A DNA stretch of 61,645 nucleotides, counting the filler, from Globobulimina sp. (lineage: Eukaryota), in the NCBI GenBank assembly GCA_003354225.1. It is 18 parts of 18 records of this genome, joined end to end, with 100 filler letters (N's around TTAATTAATTAA, not from the genome) between each part and the next. Parts side by side here need not be neighbours in the genome. Positions count along the whole stretch, not along the records: positions 34,310 to 37,639 come from PIVH01003064.1; positions 37,740 to 41,069 come from PIVH01003065.1; positions 41,170 to 44,499 come from PIVH01003066.1; positions 44,600 to 47,929 come from PIVH01003067.1; positions 48,030 to 51,358 come from PIVH01003068.1; 13 more parts are not named here. One strand, 5' to 3'. The notes below the pieces were generated by a model. That model had not been told where the DNA came from and did not search any database. It was given only the letters and a program-made list of their open reading frames with translations. Positions 35,837 to 48,837 of this stretch are shown one piece after another. Position numbers and translations under genes: made by a program. Within the stretch, counting starts at the first letter, position 1, and each line of letters begins with the position of its first letter.

Positions 35837-37593
35837 ATGTCGTTGTTACTGCTTATTGTGTTGTTAACATCTTCAACAAGCGCATTTTATCATGTTTTCC
35901 AAGATTCATCTACAACATTATCGTATATGGCTCAAATATCTACAACAGTAACTGACTCATTTGATTTAGTTATATACCAACAATCACCATATTCCTCATC
36001 ACCAATTTGTGCAGATTGTATCATATTTAATGGTACATTAAAAACATACAAAATCTCATTGTCAAAGGACACCATTTCATTCCATATTAAATCAAATAAT
36101 ATCTATATATTTATACAATGTCCACTATTATTAACAATTTCAATTGCTTTGCCATCCTATCACATTCAATACATTCCAACCACTCCAAACATACCAAATA
36201 ATCAGCAGATCGATGTTAAATTCCGTTGTGTTTTCCAACAACAATCAGACGAATCTTTGAATAGCATTAATTACATAATGTACGATCAAAATTCAATATC
36301 ATTGTTTCAATATCACTTTCCATTGAAATTAAATCAATTCATACAGCATATACCCACACCACACAACAGATCCACAACCAATCCATACCTCACCTATAAC
36401 GACAATATATTATATTTTATTTCACTTTCAAACACTTTAAACCTTGCTTCCTACAGTTTTCTCCACCACACATGGCACAGAAACGATGCTATATTCTCGG
36501 AGATAGCATTCAGTGATCCAACACTTTCCATACAATATGCCGGCACCCATCTCACTGAAAACACTGCCAATCCAATACTAAATATATTCTTTCATTCCAA
36601 CAGCAAATATGAAATATTATCTTGGCTCATAGACACAGACATTTATTCCATTCATGAGTATAAATACAACGCATTGGACACCAATCCGATCATAATTAAT
36701 GATTATAGCACCCATATTGTATTATCACCTCTAACTGATCATAATTTCATATACTATGACAGTATGAACACATTTCTCAAACAAACACCATACAGCGCAC
36801 AATATATGCAAATATCGCATACAAAACGACGCAGATTACAGCGAAATGACCCTGAATGCACAGATGCATCGGAAAGTTGCGACTTGGTGTCAGAAGATTG
36901 TGGTGACGAAGTTACCAAAGAGTGGTGCCATTTAACCTGTGATTTGTGTCCACAACGTTTGTTTTGTTACTGTTGCAAATATGCTGTTTCTGGTAACGTT
37001 TTAACATTTACCTTTTAGGAACGTTTAATTGCAGTGATTATAAGTCATCTGCCTCTGCTGTAGATGTTTGTCAATATCCCAGGGAAATGCCATCATTTTG
37101 CGGCGATCCATCTGGATGGTACTTGTTTTTCTGTCCCATCTCATGCCATCATCCAAATTGCTCAGATATATGGATGCCGTCAATGAACCCAACACCGGCG
37201 CCAACAATTATGACCACAGTGTATGAATCGACAGGAGTTACAATGGAAACAATATCACAGACAGTCACTGTCATACCGACGGATATGCCAACAACTGACG
37301 AGAAAACAACTCAATTTCAAACGGATAGAGGACCTGTGATTGATAAGGATGGTAAGGAGGATAATGATATGACGTTGATATTGCTGTTGCTCGCTGTGTT
37401 GTTGATATGTGTGTTTATGGCTGGCATATTGCTATGGATGTGCATCAACATAGTGAGACTACAGAGGGACAGGAATGCAGTGGCTGCACTGTCAAGTAGA
37501 ACGCCTGACTTTTTTACACATCCACCATCTACGCCGGATTATTTTAGGACTATGTTTCATCGGCACACACATGCGGATCCAGTGAGAGGGTAA
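35837..37593 (+). CDS. Secreted/type I membrane protein with ShKT-like Cys modules, intron 36957-37018
   Basis: Signal peptide, RRRLQ, two six-Cys modules (CTD...CHLTCDLC and CSD...CPISC..C), TM LILLLLAVLLICVFMAGILLW. Phase-1 splice. Confidence 0.7.
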
Positions 37594-37739
37594 CTTCGCA
37601 ATCGCATATGTGTATTAACTATATACTTCTACTCCGAATNNNNNNNNNNNNNNNNNNNNNNNNNNNNNNNNNNNNNNNNNNNNTTAATTAATTAANNNNN
37701 NNNNNNNNNNNNNNNNNNNNNNNNNNNNNNNNNNNNNNN

Positions 37740-38500
37740 GTGACTCCAAATGCAATTTAAATGTGATTGAGCCATTATGGTTTTTAGCCAACGATGCTAT
37801 TTATGATGATGCACCAAACCGATTCCATCGCAAAAATAAAATATTGAAAGCGAAACAATGTAAATGTGAATTATTTTATGCACAACAAAAATACGAAAAC
37901 GCTTTGGCTGAAATACAAGATATTTTTATGCAATTTGATATTGGTTACAATGATCGATATGGCAACCAATTATTGGACATTTTAATTCGATGTTTGTGTA
38001 AATGTAATCGCTTTGATATTGCTATGAAACACATTGCAAAGTTATTGGTCAGAGATGTTTCATTTGGTTCCTTGCGATTAATTACAAGCATTTACACCAA
38101 AACTGAGCAATATGAAAAGTCATTTAATTATTCATTGGATTTGACAAAAAAAGAGGCGGCAAATCCAATGGCTTGGTATCAATTGTCATTATGTTCCAAA
38201 AATATAGAAAATTATGAGTTTTGTTTTGTGTGTTTAAGATTATTGGCATCAAATATTAAACACTTTTCATCCATTCATCGATATTCAAATTCAAAGTGTT
38301 ATCATCAAAAGTTATTAAATTTTGCACGAAATGAAAAGAAATCAATTAAAAAACATCTCCATAATTTTGAGACATTGGAAAAATATCAATTACAAAAAAT
38401 CTCTGAAATATTTATTCATAATCATCAACTTTTTCATTTTTTGCAACACGTTTTAAAAAGATTTCGTTTTCGTTTATCGTCGGTGTCTGATCATGAATGA
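37740..38500 (+). CDS. TPR-like helical protein (C8orf76-like), probably 5'-truncated
   Basis: EPLWF...KCELFYAQQKYENAL...LIRCLCK and NPMAWYQLS TPR-type helices. Confidence 0.55.
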
Positions 38501-38639
38501 AATGATGAGATTGACTTATTATTGCACAACAAAAATAGCAAGAAATGCACAAAGATGCACATAACTTTTTTTGCAGATAAAATTTTGAAAATCTTGTAAA
38601 CGACAATGAGAAGAGACACATCATAAAACAGAGCGCCTA

Positions 38640-39878
38640 TTAAAATATGAAACAATACGCCAATATTGCTTCAATCACTATTTCCAATGCTTGTAAAACA
38701 CTCCAGGATAATACTACATTGTTACATATGTTGTTGCTATCATTTACCATTTCAGAATACAACAAAAGCCCGATAACCATCCAAGCAATGCCAAAACAGC
38801 CACCACAACAAATACAAGTTGGACCCAAAACTATATAATAAATTGACTCCACATATTCTTCAAAACCTAACGGGTGACCAGCAAATCCAATGCCTACCCA
38901 AAGCAGTGGCAATGTCCATATAATTAAATGAGAAACCGCTCCGTAAAAAATCCACGCATTCCATCCAAATGATACATATTTATTCTTTTCATTCAAATCA
39001 CAGTCATTCTGACTAACAATAATCAACGAAGCGATATCTTTGCCATATATTGATACATATAATAACAAGATCGCACAAATAAAGATACGTTGATTCATAT
39101 CCAAATTGTTTATTTCCATCACAGTGAACATAACACAAACAGCCACAACAAACAGCTCTATTCCTTGCAGTACACACCATGATAATACACTATCTATGCA
39201 TTGTTCATATGCATTGATATCCATTTTTGCATCATACAGCATCTCTGAATACAATACAAATCCAATAATCATCCATGAAATACTAAAACACCATGCAATT
39301 ACTATCAATATAAAGGTGGATGCTTTAGAACGTAGCGTATATTTATCACACATATTAATATAAATAATTAACGATAATATAATACAGCAAATAGTTGAAT
39401 GAGAAAGTGGTCCAAAAAACATCCATTGATTGACAGTAAATGAAAAATATTTTGATCCATTCGAGAGAGAGCAATCATGCGTAACACCCATAAGAAAAGT
39501 AACAATATCTTTGCTGTATATACACAACGCAATCAATGATAAGATAATAAGTTGTAAAGCTTTTGCTCCATATCCACAACAACAGCAATAGCTTAATAAA
39601 CATTGGGATGTTTTGGATGCATAGCACCATTGACAATTTTTTGTTACATCGCGCAGAATTTTGTCTTGCTCGATTCTGCGTTTTTCGATTGTAGTTTGTA
39701 ATAATTCCACTCCGAATTTTTGCGGAGAACCAAGGAAGTTGGCACATATTTTTACAACATCTGATGGAATTTCAGGCCCTATATTTTGTCGGCTATATCC
39801 AGTGCTCAGAAAAAACAACCTTTCTTCATTGGATAGTGTTGATACAGGGTCAACTTCCAAGCAGCTGCACATGGACAA
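38640..39878 (-). CDS. Multi-pass membrane protein with an internal tandem duplication
   Basis: Two homologous halves: Y.KDI...DC.L...KY.SF....W.F.G...WM.IG..LYSEM...C...VLSW.VLQ..E. N-terminal GY.RQ...IPSDVVKIC motif. Confidence 0.75.
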   Translation of the reverse strand: MSMCSCLEVDPVSTLSNEERLFFLSTGYSRQNIGPEIPSDVVKICANFLGSPQKFGVELLQTTIEKRRIEQDKILRDVTKNCQWCYASKTSQCLLSYCCCCGYGAKALQLIILSLIALCIYSKDIVTFLMGVTHDCSLSNGSKYFSFTVNQWMFFGPLSHSTICCIILSLIIYINMCDKYTLRSKASTFILIVIAWCFSISWMIIGFVLYSEMLYDAKMDINAYEQCIDSVLSWCVLQGIELFVVAVCVMFTVMEINNLDMNQRIFICAILLLYVSIYGKDIASLIIVSQNDCDLNEKNKYVSFGWNAWIFYGAVSHLIIWTLPLLWVGIGFAGHPLGFEEYVESIYYIVLGPTCICCGGCFGIAWMVIGLLLYSEMVNDSNNICNNVVLSWSVLQALEIVIEAILAYCFIF

Positions 39879-39932
39879 CGCAAAGATGTTTTAAGGATAT
39901 AGCCCAGTCCCAGCCAAGTAGCAACTGAACGA

Positions 39933-40873
39933 ATGGAAGACTTGACAGAAAAACCAATACTGAGAGAAGAAGAAAGTCTGACAAAGCACGCAATGCAGAT
40001 CAATAAGATGGTATATAGTGGTAATAACCTATTATATGCAGACAATGATGAGCCTGTACATAACTTATCTGATTTAGAGGATCCAATATATTTTTCATTT
40101 TTCCATGGTTATGATCGAGAAACTACAGAGGGAACAATTGGAATTATTAAACACTGGGCAGGAGAAGCCGAAAATTTTGATATATATCAAATATGCGCAT
40201 TTGACGCAAAAAACTGCAGAGTAAATTACAAATATTCTGTTTTAAGAGCAATCATTTGTTTACTTATGCAATTGCCATCCATTATATTTATTGTATACCA
40301 AATGATAACAGAAACAGAGAAGGAATGGTGTAACATTGATGGTGTTGATGCGGAACATGGCATTATGAAATTCTTTGCCTTTGGGTTTAGTGCGTATTTA
40401 TCTGTATTTATTACTAAAAGTATGGCAGAGACTGGTTATAAGGGAATGTATTCAGTGATGGTAGCATCATTGCATAATTTGCCACCTTTTTTAGATGGAA
40501 ATTGGTTACGAATTGGTGCTTATTATACAATTGTCTAGTTTTACAATTTGCTATTTACGGATCATTTGTTGTATTATTTTTTGCCGAAAATGGTATCGAT
40601 TTGGTGCTCAATTCTATTGCGTTATTTTTTGTGACAGAATTAGATGATTATTTGGTGAGTAGTTTTGATTATATTCGAATTGAAGATTTTTTGGCACCTT
40701 TTGAATTTGAGGAAAATAGGAATCCATTGTTTCAAATTGAATGGGAAAATAAACAAATAAAATGCGAAAATGCATGGTTTTGTTTGGAATGTATTTTAAA
40801 TATTTTCGAGGCCTTATAATTAATAAAAGTGTCATCTGTTATTGCTCCCATATACATTGGAATTTGTTCATGA
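39933..40873 (+). pseudogene. Disrupted membrane-protein gene (frameshift near 40525, in-frame TAA at 40817)
   Basis: ORF1 ...IGAYY continues as NCLVLQFAIYGSF...DLVLNSIALFFVTELDD in another frame. After the TAA the frame continues LIKVSSVIAPIYIGICS*. Confidence 0.6.
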
Positions 40874-41169
40874 AATTAATATACATATTTTTATTGTTAT
40901 AAGGATTAGACGAACATTAATATACATACGTACTGTATTATAAATAAGGATTAGACGAACATTTACTTAAGCTTTTTCTCTAACAATTCGCAAATGATTA
41001 AAAAAAGTTTATCATGAGCAAAATCAAGGTCAAATAGGAAAACTCTAATTACACAACATTGCACTGTTTNNNNNNNNNNNNNNNNNNNNNNNNNNNNNNN
41101 NNNNNNNNNNNNNTTAATTAATTAANNNNNNNNNNNNNNNNNNNNNNNNNNNNNNNNNNNNNNNNNNNN

Positions 41170-41884
41170 GACTGATATTTTTCGATCAGCGGTTTTAGCA
41201 GAATTCGGTTATGAAATGTATGATTTAACCAGCGTTTATATTGAATATTTTTTTTCCAATGCTCCAAAAACAGAGAAAGAAAAAAAAAATATGATGTTAG
41301 CATTGAAAGTAATAACTTTTCATCATTTACCAGGTATTACAGTAATTATTCCAGCCGTTAATGCATTTGGAAATGACATATATTTTCAAAATGTTGTGTG
41401 GTCCTTGTTGTCATATACGCCAATTTGGGTTGCTTTAATTGCATTATATAAATGTGTCGATATCAACGATTTAAACGGACGCACTCAATTCACTGTTTAT
41501 TATTTTCTGAGTTTAATTATTATAATATATGGTCGATTTATATGGAGTCCGATTGAAATTTATCGTTTCTTGACCCATACTTTTACGGAACAAGGTTTTG
41601 CAATGAAATGTGGATTAATATTTTATGCAATATTAATTTATGCATTTAATTGTTTGGTTACCATGGTTTCTGTTGAAAGATTGTATAAATATATGTTTGT
41701 TGCCAGGAAAAATGAACCGGAACAAGTGAAGGCTGCACAAATATTAAGGAAAACTTCATCCAATGATATTTTTACGGATTTTGTGGCAAACGGATTGGAT
41801 TTTGAATTTTTTGGAGATCAGAAAACCGTTAAAAAACCGAAATTTAAGCGTCATCATACAGAACCTATTCATGCGTTAAAGTGA
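41170..41884 (+). CDS. TLC (TRAM/LAG1/CLN8)-like membrane protein, 5'-truncated
   Basis: YDL...ITFHH motif, GRFIW and several TM segments. Confidence 0.55.
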
Positions 41885-42035
41885 TAAACTATTTGATATT
41901 TATATTTACTAAAACAATTTACTAAACAGATTTGGAATATTCCATAACAAACACAGAACAAACACAACACAAAGCTATAGCAAACCGTTTCAGTATAAAA
42001 AGTATAACAGTTCTATCCGTAAGACTATATTTAAC

Positions 42036-42164
42036 TTTTTTGGCTTAGTTTCGTTTCATTTCATTTCAACGAATACTGGTTGAAAACCACTCTGCTAACC
42101 CAAAAACATTGCCAATCGTTGAAATGAAACGAAACGAAACGAAACGAAACTAAGCCAGAAAAAA
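42036..42164. repeat. MITE-like foldback with (GAAAC)n-expanded arms
   Basis: TGGCTTAGTTTCGTTTCATTTCATTTCAACGA paired with TCGTTGAAATGAAACGAAACG...AAACTAAGCCA. The loop contains GCTAACCCAAAAACATTGCCAATC. Confidence 0.8.
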
Positions 42165-42412
42165 ACTGAGACACCGTTGTTGAGACTTGAGACGGATAAA
42201 ATTGTACTTGAATTAGTGACTCTGCTTTGAATTCAATTATTCAAATGCATTATTAAATTCTAATCACTTACTTACATAAGTTACATTATCCAAAAGTTAA
42301 ATACCCAATCCGTCTCATCGTGAGTCATCCAAAAGTGTAACTTTGTTGTATACATATTAATAATTTATCATACACAAACTTACAAAAATAAATATTTAAT
42401 AATAAATAATAG

Positions 42413-43351
42413 TTAGTATAACGTAATATTGATATTATCCATTGCTTGAAGCAGCCTTTCATACATCAAAAATAAGCAAGAATGAAAGATTGCAGCTCTA
42501 TACATTGCAGGTATTAGACCGCAATATGAGTGCGGAAGATGTCTCTTTAACAGTGAAATGGTGATCGGTTCATTATAAAATCCGCTCTGTATCCTTGATT
42601 TTAATGTGTCGATTGGATATGCGACAATCCATGAAATAACACCCGATGCTCCACCCGACAAAAATATATGTGCCGATGACACGTTTTGTTTGTTGTTGTT
42701 TGAAATATCTCCAATCTTATAATCACTGTACCATTGTTTGCTCGTTTTGTCTCGTTTTAATGTCAATACTTTGAGTGAAAGCTCATAAACAGGGAAATAA
42801 ACGGCGCAGGCCATCACTTGAAAAACCATAACACATTTAATGCCACAAAAATATGCACTAAAAAAACCCAGATCTTTGTATAACAATTTTGTAGACTCAA
42901 TTGAATATGTTTGGTGTGCTTGACTCCAGGTTTTGATTCTTTCGATTGGTGTCATCAAAAATGCATTAAAAAAGCCGGTAATCCCACCACAAATTACAAT
43001 GTCGGATAATGAGAGGCTGTGGTGAGATTTGACATTCTTACGCCAAATATGTTTGGCAATGTTATTTACTCCGAACACTAAGCACGAACTTATTCCATAT
43101 CCAAAAAATGGAGCTGCTATTCCCTTATAAACATGAAAAATACCATCTGTCACTGCAATGCGACGCAAAGTAGTAAATGCATTGTGCGTGTAGCGTATGT
43201 CGGTATTGGCCATTTGAATTTGCATGCGTGTTTTCACTGTGTCCATTGGATGGGAAAACATCACACCAAACATCCCTCCAATTTCTCCCGCGATAAAGTG
43301 ATTTACATGATTGGCGTCATGGTGTTGAGTACTCATATGACAGCAAGTCAA
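42413..43351 (-). CDS. Mitochondrial carrier (SLC25) family protein
   Basis: Three PX[DE]XXK signature motifs: HPMDTVKTR, TPIERIKTW and YPIDTLKSR. Confidence 0.93.
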   Translation of the reverse strand: MTCCHMSTQHHDANHVNHFIAGEIGGMFGVMFSHPMDTVKTRMQIQMANTDIRYTHNAFTTLRRIAVTDGIFHVYKGIAAPFFGYGISSCLVFGVNNIAKHIWRKNVKSHHSLSLSDIVICGGITGFFNAFLMTPIERIKTWSQAHQTYSIESTKLLYKDLGFFSAYFCGIKCVMVFQVMACAVYFPVYELSLKVLTLKRDKTSKQWYSDYKIGDISNNNKQNVSSAHIFLSGGASGVISWIVAYPIDTLKSRIQSGFYNEPITISLLKRHLPHSYCGLIPAMYRAAIFHSCLFLMYERLLQAMDNINITLY

Positions 43352-43601
43352 CTAAAGCGATTTGTAGTTCATATCCTCGCACTCAAACAATATTTGTACA
43401 ATTTTACATATAACAGTTATTAAAAAAAAAAAGTCATGAAATGTTTGTCAAAAAAAACCACAAAACAAAAGAAGCACTACATAAAAAAAACAAAAACAAA
43501 AACGGGAAAATAGCAAAACCAAAAAAATCAACAGAAACAGGTAATAAATACTGGCAAGCGCAGAAAAAAAAAATTAAACTAATTATACTAAAAAAAGAAA
43601 A

Positions 43602-44499
43602 TTAAAAATGATTTTCAAACAGCTTAAAGTTGTCATCATGAGCCGATGTAAAAGAATTTGTCACAACAGATTCTGTATCATTTGCTGCAACAAACTCGTT
43701 TATATTACTTAAATCAAATAAGACCGGTGCCATTTTTGGCGAATCATTTCTATTTTTAATGTTCCTCATTCCAGCATAATATTTATAATGCGATGTGATG
43801 ATATTATCATCTTTGCTGAATTTCCGATCCATGTCCTCTTTTTTGGCATGGATTTGTGTGTTGGATGACATTGACACCGACTCTGACGATGAAGCTCTTT
43901 GCCTCTGTGTCGCAGCAAAAAACTAGTTTGTATTTTTTATTTTCTTGTACGACGAGATTGACACTGCATCACTTTGCCTTTGGTTATGAGGCTGCTTTGG
44001 GTCTGAATGCAGCGACGCTCTCTGTCTCTGTCTCTGTTGGTATTGAAAATAGACAAAATTCTGATGATTAATAGTCTCAGTTTCATCAAAAGAATGTGCC
44101 CCACCATTATTACCATGATGTTTCCGTTTAATTCGGTTGTGTTTGTTGGCTATTTTTGTTTTTGTTGAATGTCGATAATCGGCGCTCTTCGTAATGCCGT
44201 TTCTTTGTTTGTGGAATAGGTCACTTTTATTGTGATATCGGTGATATTTATGAATATTAAAATTAATATTTGGGGCTAATCCGCCACCCAAACCCATAGA
44301 CATTGAAGAAGTGAAAACATTGGGGCTTGAATGGTCAAATATATCGCTTTTGCTTGCTGAGAGCTTAACTTTCTTAGATCTCTGACTCGCATTCTCGCTC
44401 AGTGCCGGCTTGTCATTTGGGCCTTGCATCGATTTCAAGCTCGAGTTTTGTTCTGGCGAACTCGCAAAATCTTTCACACACAAAAAAAACTTTTAGTTT
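43602..44499 (-). CDS. Low-complexity hypothetical protein, C-terminal exons
   Basis: Two same-strand ORFs (44483-43923 and 43877-43602) probably joined by a short intron. The exact splice sites are uncertain. Confidence 0.4.
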
Positions 44500-44600
44500 N
44501 NNNNNNNNNNNNNNNNNNNNNNNNNNNNNNNNNNNNNNNNNNNTTAATTAATTAANNNNNNNNNNNNNNNNNNNNNNNNNNNNNNNNNNNNNNNNNNNNT

Positions 44601-47600
44601 AACAATATCAATTCAATCATAACCGAGATTGATACATTTGTAACAAATTACGGCAACAATGAAATTATTGTTTTATATTTTAACAGTTTTCAAGTAAATA
44701 GTTTACAAAACTTTTACAATGCATTTTCAAATTCAAATTTAAACACAAAAATGGTACCAAATACCATCGATTTAAAAACAGAAACGTTACAAAATATGAT
44801 TGCCAGCGGCTATAATATTATTGCATTTAGCGATGATTTACTAAATGCGCCAAATACATTTTTTGATTCGCAGCAATATTTATATATTGCAGATACGACA
44901 TCGAATACCAATACAAATATAACCCGTGGCTATATTTCAGATATCAATGAGCTTCGAACATTTATAACTTCGAACTTAAGATACGGCTCGCCTTCAAATC
45001 ATTTAAATTTAATATATTGGACATTAGATATTGCGCCAATCGGTGCCTTCACCCAAGTTACTGATTATAACTCATTTTACGAATATAATATGGCTGCGGC
45101 ATTTGAGCTACACAAAATAATAAAAACCTATTCCAAACTGCGATTTGGTAATGTAATATTGGTAGATTTTATGCAGGCTTCAGATGTGGTGCAGCAAGCA
45201 ATTATTTTAAATCTGGAATATTTTTCCTGTTTTGATAGGCTCGCAATGAATAATAATATCAGTGGTTGTCCTTCGCAAACCGCATTACATATTAATTTTA
45301 AATATAACACTCTCTCATCTGTGTGTACTACGAATAATAATTTAAATGCAGATTGTAGACGTTCCTGTGGTTCGTGTCCTTTTTCAACAAATGTTCCTGG
45401 CGCAAACTGTAGCAGTTCAAGTGAATGTAATTCCGTATTATATGCCTCATACGGTAGTGGTACAGGAACATGTTTCATTACAGACAGTGAATCTCGATAT
45501 ATTGAAGAACCGTCATTTTGTTTAAGTTTAAGTGGTGGATATGTATCGTGTGATAATTTTGATGGCTATGATATTTGTCAAAATAACGACAATGATTATT
45601 CTAATAACTGCGACGGTTTTTGCAGCGCAAATTATGAATGTATGGAGGGATATTGTAACAGTAAATATTCAATTTGCATGTCATTAGATGATAATACTAC
45701 CATTGCATCAGATACAACCACCACAGAAACGGTGATGGATGAGGAATATTCAGGCATTGTATCAGAACGAGCAGCTTTATATCGTGATGAAGTGAGTGTG
45801 TTCCGTCCAGGTAATGCAGATGCGTTATATCCAACGGGTGAAAACGCTTTGCAGTGCTCTGAATATTCGACACAATGCTTTTTTGATAATTTAGATGCGA
45901 ATCCATATGTTTCTTCAGTTTTAGGTCTATTATTGGTAGTTATTATTTTATGCATTTTATTTTGCGTTTGTTTTTCAATTTGTTGTCCGTTTTGGTGTTT
46001 TTGTGATAAATGTTGTAAACGGTGTTGTTGTACACCGATTTATGGGAAAACAGCGAAAGAAGAATGGCCATTGGTTAAAGAATGGTGTCCTTGTATATCA
46101 TTATTGGTTATTATGATTATTGTGTTAGCCTTTACCATTGAAGGTATTGTCAATAATACAGCATTACATTCACATATATTTGATAACGATGACGAGAATT
46201 CGTTTATGCATGTTTCGAATCAATTATTTGATGATGTTGAAAGCAAATTTGGTTCGGCAAATAATTTGACTGATTTTATTCTTCAAAACATTGAAAACAT
46301 ATTAAATTCAGTTGATAATATTATTGCGGATGGGAATGATATTAAAAATATTAAAGATAACATCAATGAAATGCATCAGGAATTGAATGTAATGTATAAC
46401 AATTATTCAGACGGTATTTCATTATCCGGTGAAGTGAGCAGTCCCTTTAATGCCAGTATTGTACAGAATTTTACTTTAATATGTTCCTATTGTGATACTG
46501 TTCCATCACGAATATTATCTGTAAATGACACGCTTTCCTCCTCATCATCATCAACATTGAATGACCTGTCAACCACATTGAACTCAACCGCAATATTTGT
46601 CGATTATCGTGATACCATCAACGATGCAACGGAGCAATTTCGCGATTCAATTGCGGAGATATTAGATATTAGCAATTCAACTCAAATCCGATATAATGAG
46701 TATATGGATTTAGCAGAACAATATGATACAGAGAGACAAACGTATGTCACCTTATTTTTCTGTTTAATGTTTTTATTTATAATATTTCCATTGGTTGGTA
46801 TATTGATGAAATCCAAATGGTGTTTCAAGATAAATTGGTGTTTAGCTATGATTTGTGTCATATTATTGTTGCTTATTTCGCTGCCATTCGTATTTATTAT
46901 CACCTTATCCGCCGATTTCTGCGTAAGATTGGATGAGTTTGAAGCGGCGTTGCCATATGCAATGGATACAAAATTAGGTGTTGCAGTATTTAATACTTCT
47001 GCAGCGGTGTTAGATGATACTTCTACATATGATATAAATGACACATTACAACTTATTGATACTTGTTTTGATGGCGGTTCATTATTACGTTTGTTTAATT
47101 TATCAGAAGTCCTCGATTGGAGCTCGTATAAACAACAACTTTATGATGCATTAGATTTTGATGTCCAGCAATTTCTGACCATTGATGAGTTGCAATCGTT
47201 TGAAACCGAAATTAATACATTATCTGTGAGTGAATATTCAAGCAACGTGGACTCAACCATCGCAGCGGTAAATTCAATCCCCGGCTGTCATTGCATTGAG
47301 GCGAATAATATATTTACGCGCGACAATTTAAACCCAGGCACACAATGCACTCCATTTGCTCCTTACACTGGCAATGCATCTCAAGCACGCAATTATTGGT
47401 TGAATATTAATGCGACTCTAAGAAGAAAATGTGTAAAGGCATTTGAAAATGCATCATATGCTGTACAGATATGGAATTCGTCGGCGTTGCAAGCACAAAT
47501 AAAGATTGATACTTTAAAAAGAGAGGCGTCGAAATTATTTGATATATATGATATTATTTATGGCCAAGTGAGTGGACTAATGTTTAAATTACAAAATATT

Positions 47601-47929
47601 ACATGTTTAATCAATCCATTGTTTGATGATTTTGATAAAATATTGAATGAGTTTACAAATTGTGGCTTTTTAGGGGAAAGGTATGGAGATTTTAAAAACG
47701 TGTCATGTGTGGTAATATTTACAGATTTTTATAAAATTGGACGAGCCATTGTCATTATTGCATTTATGTGTTTATTAATTGTTTTATTTAGTTTATGTTT
47801 AGATTATGTTTATGCGCCTTGGAAAGCAAAATATATTGTTGATCATGATGGTGATGGCATTGATGATGAACAAGAACCATATATTGTACCGGATGTGGAC
47901 GATGGTAATGACGATCCATGCGGAGATTT
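44601..47929 (+). CDS. Large membrane protein: PI-PLC X-domain-like C-terminus, Cys-rich region and prominin-like 5TM module; truncated at both ends
   Basis: One open frame across the contig. IDTFVTNYGNNEIIVLYF and GNVILVDF...VVQQAIILN (PLCXD-like); CRRSCGSC; TM followed by CFCDKCCKRCCC, two long helical loops, ADFCV and a final TM (prominin/tweety-like). Confidence 0.65.
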
Positions 47930-48837
47930 NNNNNNNNNNNNNNNNNNNNNNNNNNNNNNNNNNNNNNNNNNNNTTAATTAATTAANNNNNNNNNNNNNNN
48001 NNNNNNNNNNNNNNNNNNNNNNNNNNNNNCTTCGTGTGTGCGAGGATAATGTATACAGTTTCAAACGTGGTGAACCAATTGGGCCTCCATAGATGTGCAT
48101 ATTCATAACTATTTTTTTATTTTTGTTTTAAAGGCCTCAATTAGAATGTTTAGAAAAATTGCATAATTCACAAAGGAGACGAAACTGTCAATCGAAAAAT
48201 GTTGCTAATAACTATAATTTAAGGCTGGTTTATCTAATTGTAAATGTACAATATTAAAATCAGAAACAATACGAAATTCTCCAAAAGATGACAAAAACAA
48301 ACAAAAAAATTAAAATATAATTATAAACTATTCAACTAAAAATTGCTAAACCTTTTTTTTTATTATTTTTAATATCTGGAGCACAAACACAAAAGAAAAA
48401 ATTAATATTTATTAATATAATAATAGCTAGAATATAATTGTTCAAAAAATGGGGAAATACAGCAACATTATAAATTGATACAATAATCAAAAACAAAACA
48501 AAACAAAACAGAAAAATCAAAAAGCAAAAAGCAAAAAAATAACAAATTTAAACACACATAAAAAAAATCTACACAGATTTGCTTTTTTATTTAGATGTCA
48601 ACGATATTTAATTCCATATTTTAGGAAACTAAAAAAAACAAAAAGTAAAAATGTAACTAATACATAATATACAAAAGCATTCACAAAAAAAAAAAGAAAT
48701 AAGGAGCGCGAAACAAAAAAACAACACCAAGTTCAAACATGTCCTTTTTTTTCAACTTCATCTGCAAAACAAAAAAAAATGGCTAATAAGTTATTATAAA
48801 AAAACTATTATATTATATTTACATTTAAACGAGTTGG

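Noticed and set aside
40817-40819. Genome-wide TAA reassignment (ciliate-like code)
   Set aside because: Many intact genes here end at TAA, and I saw no conserved domain in an otherwise intact gene interrupted by TAA or TAG.
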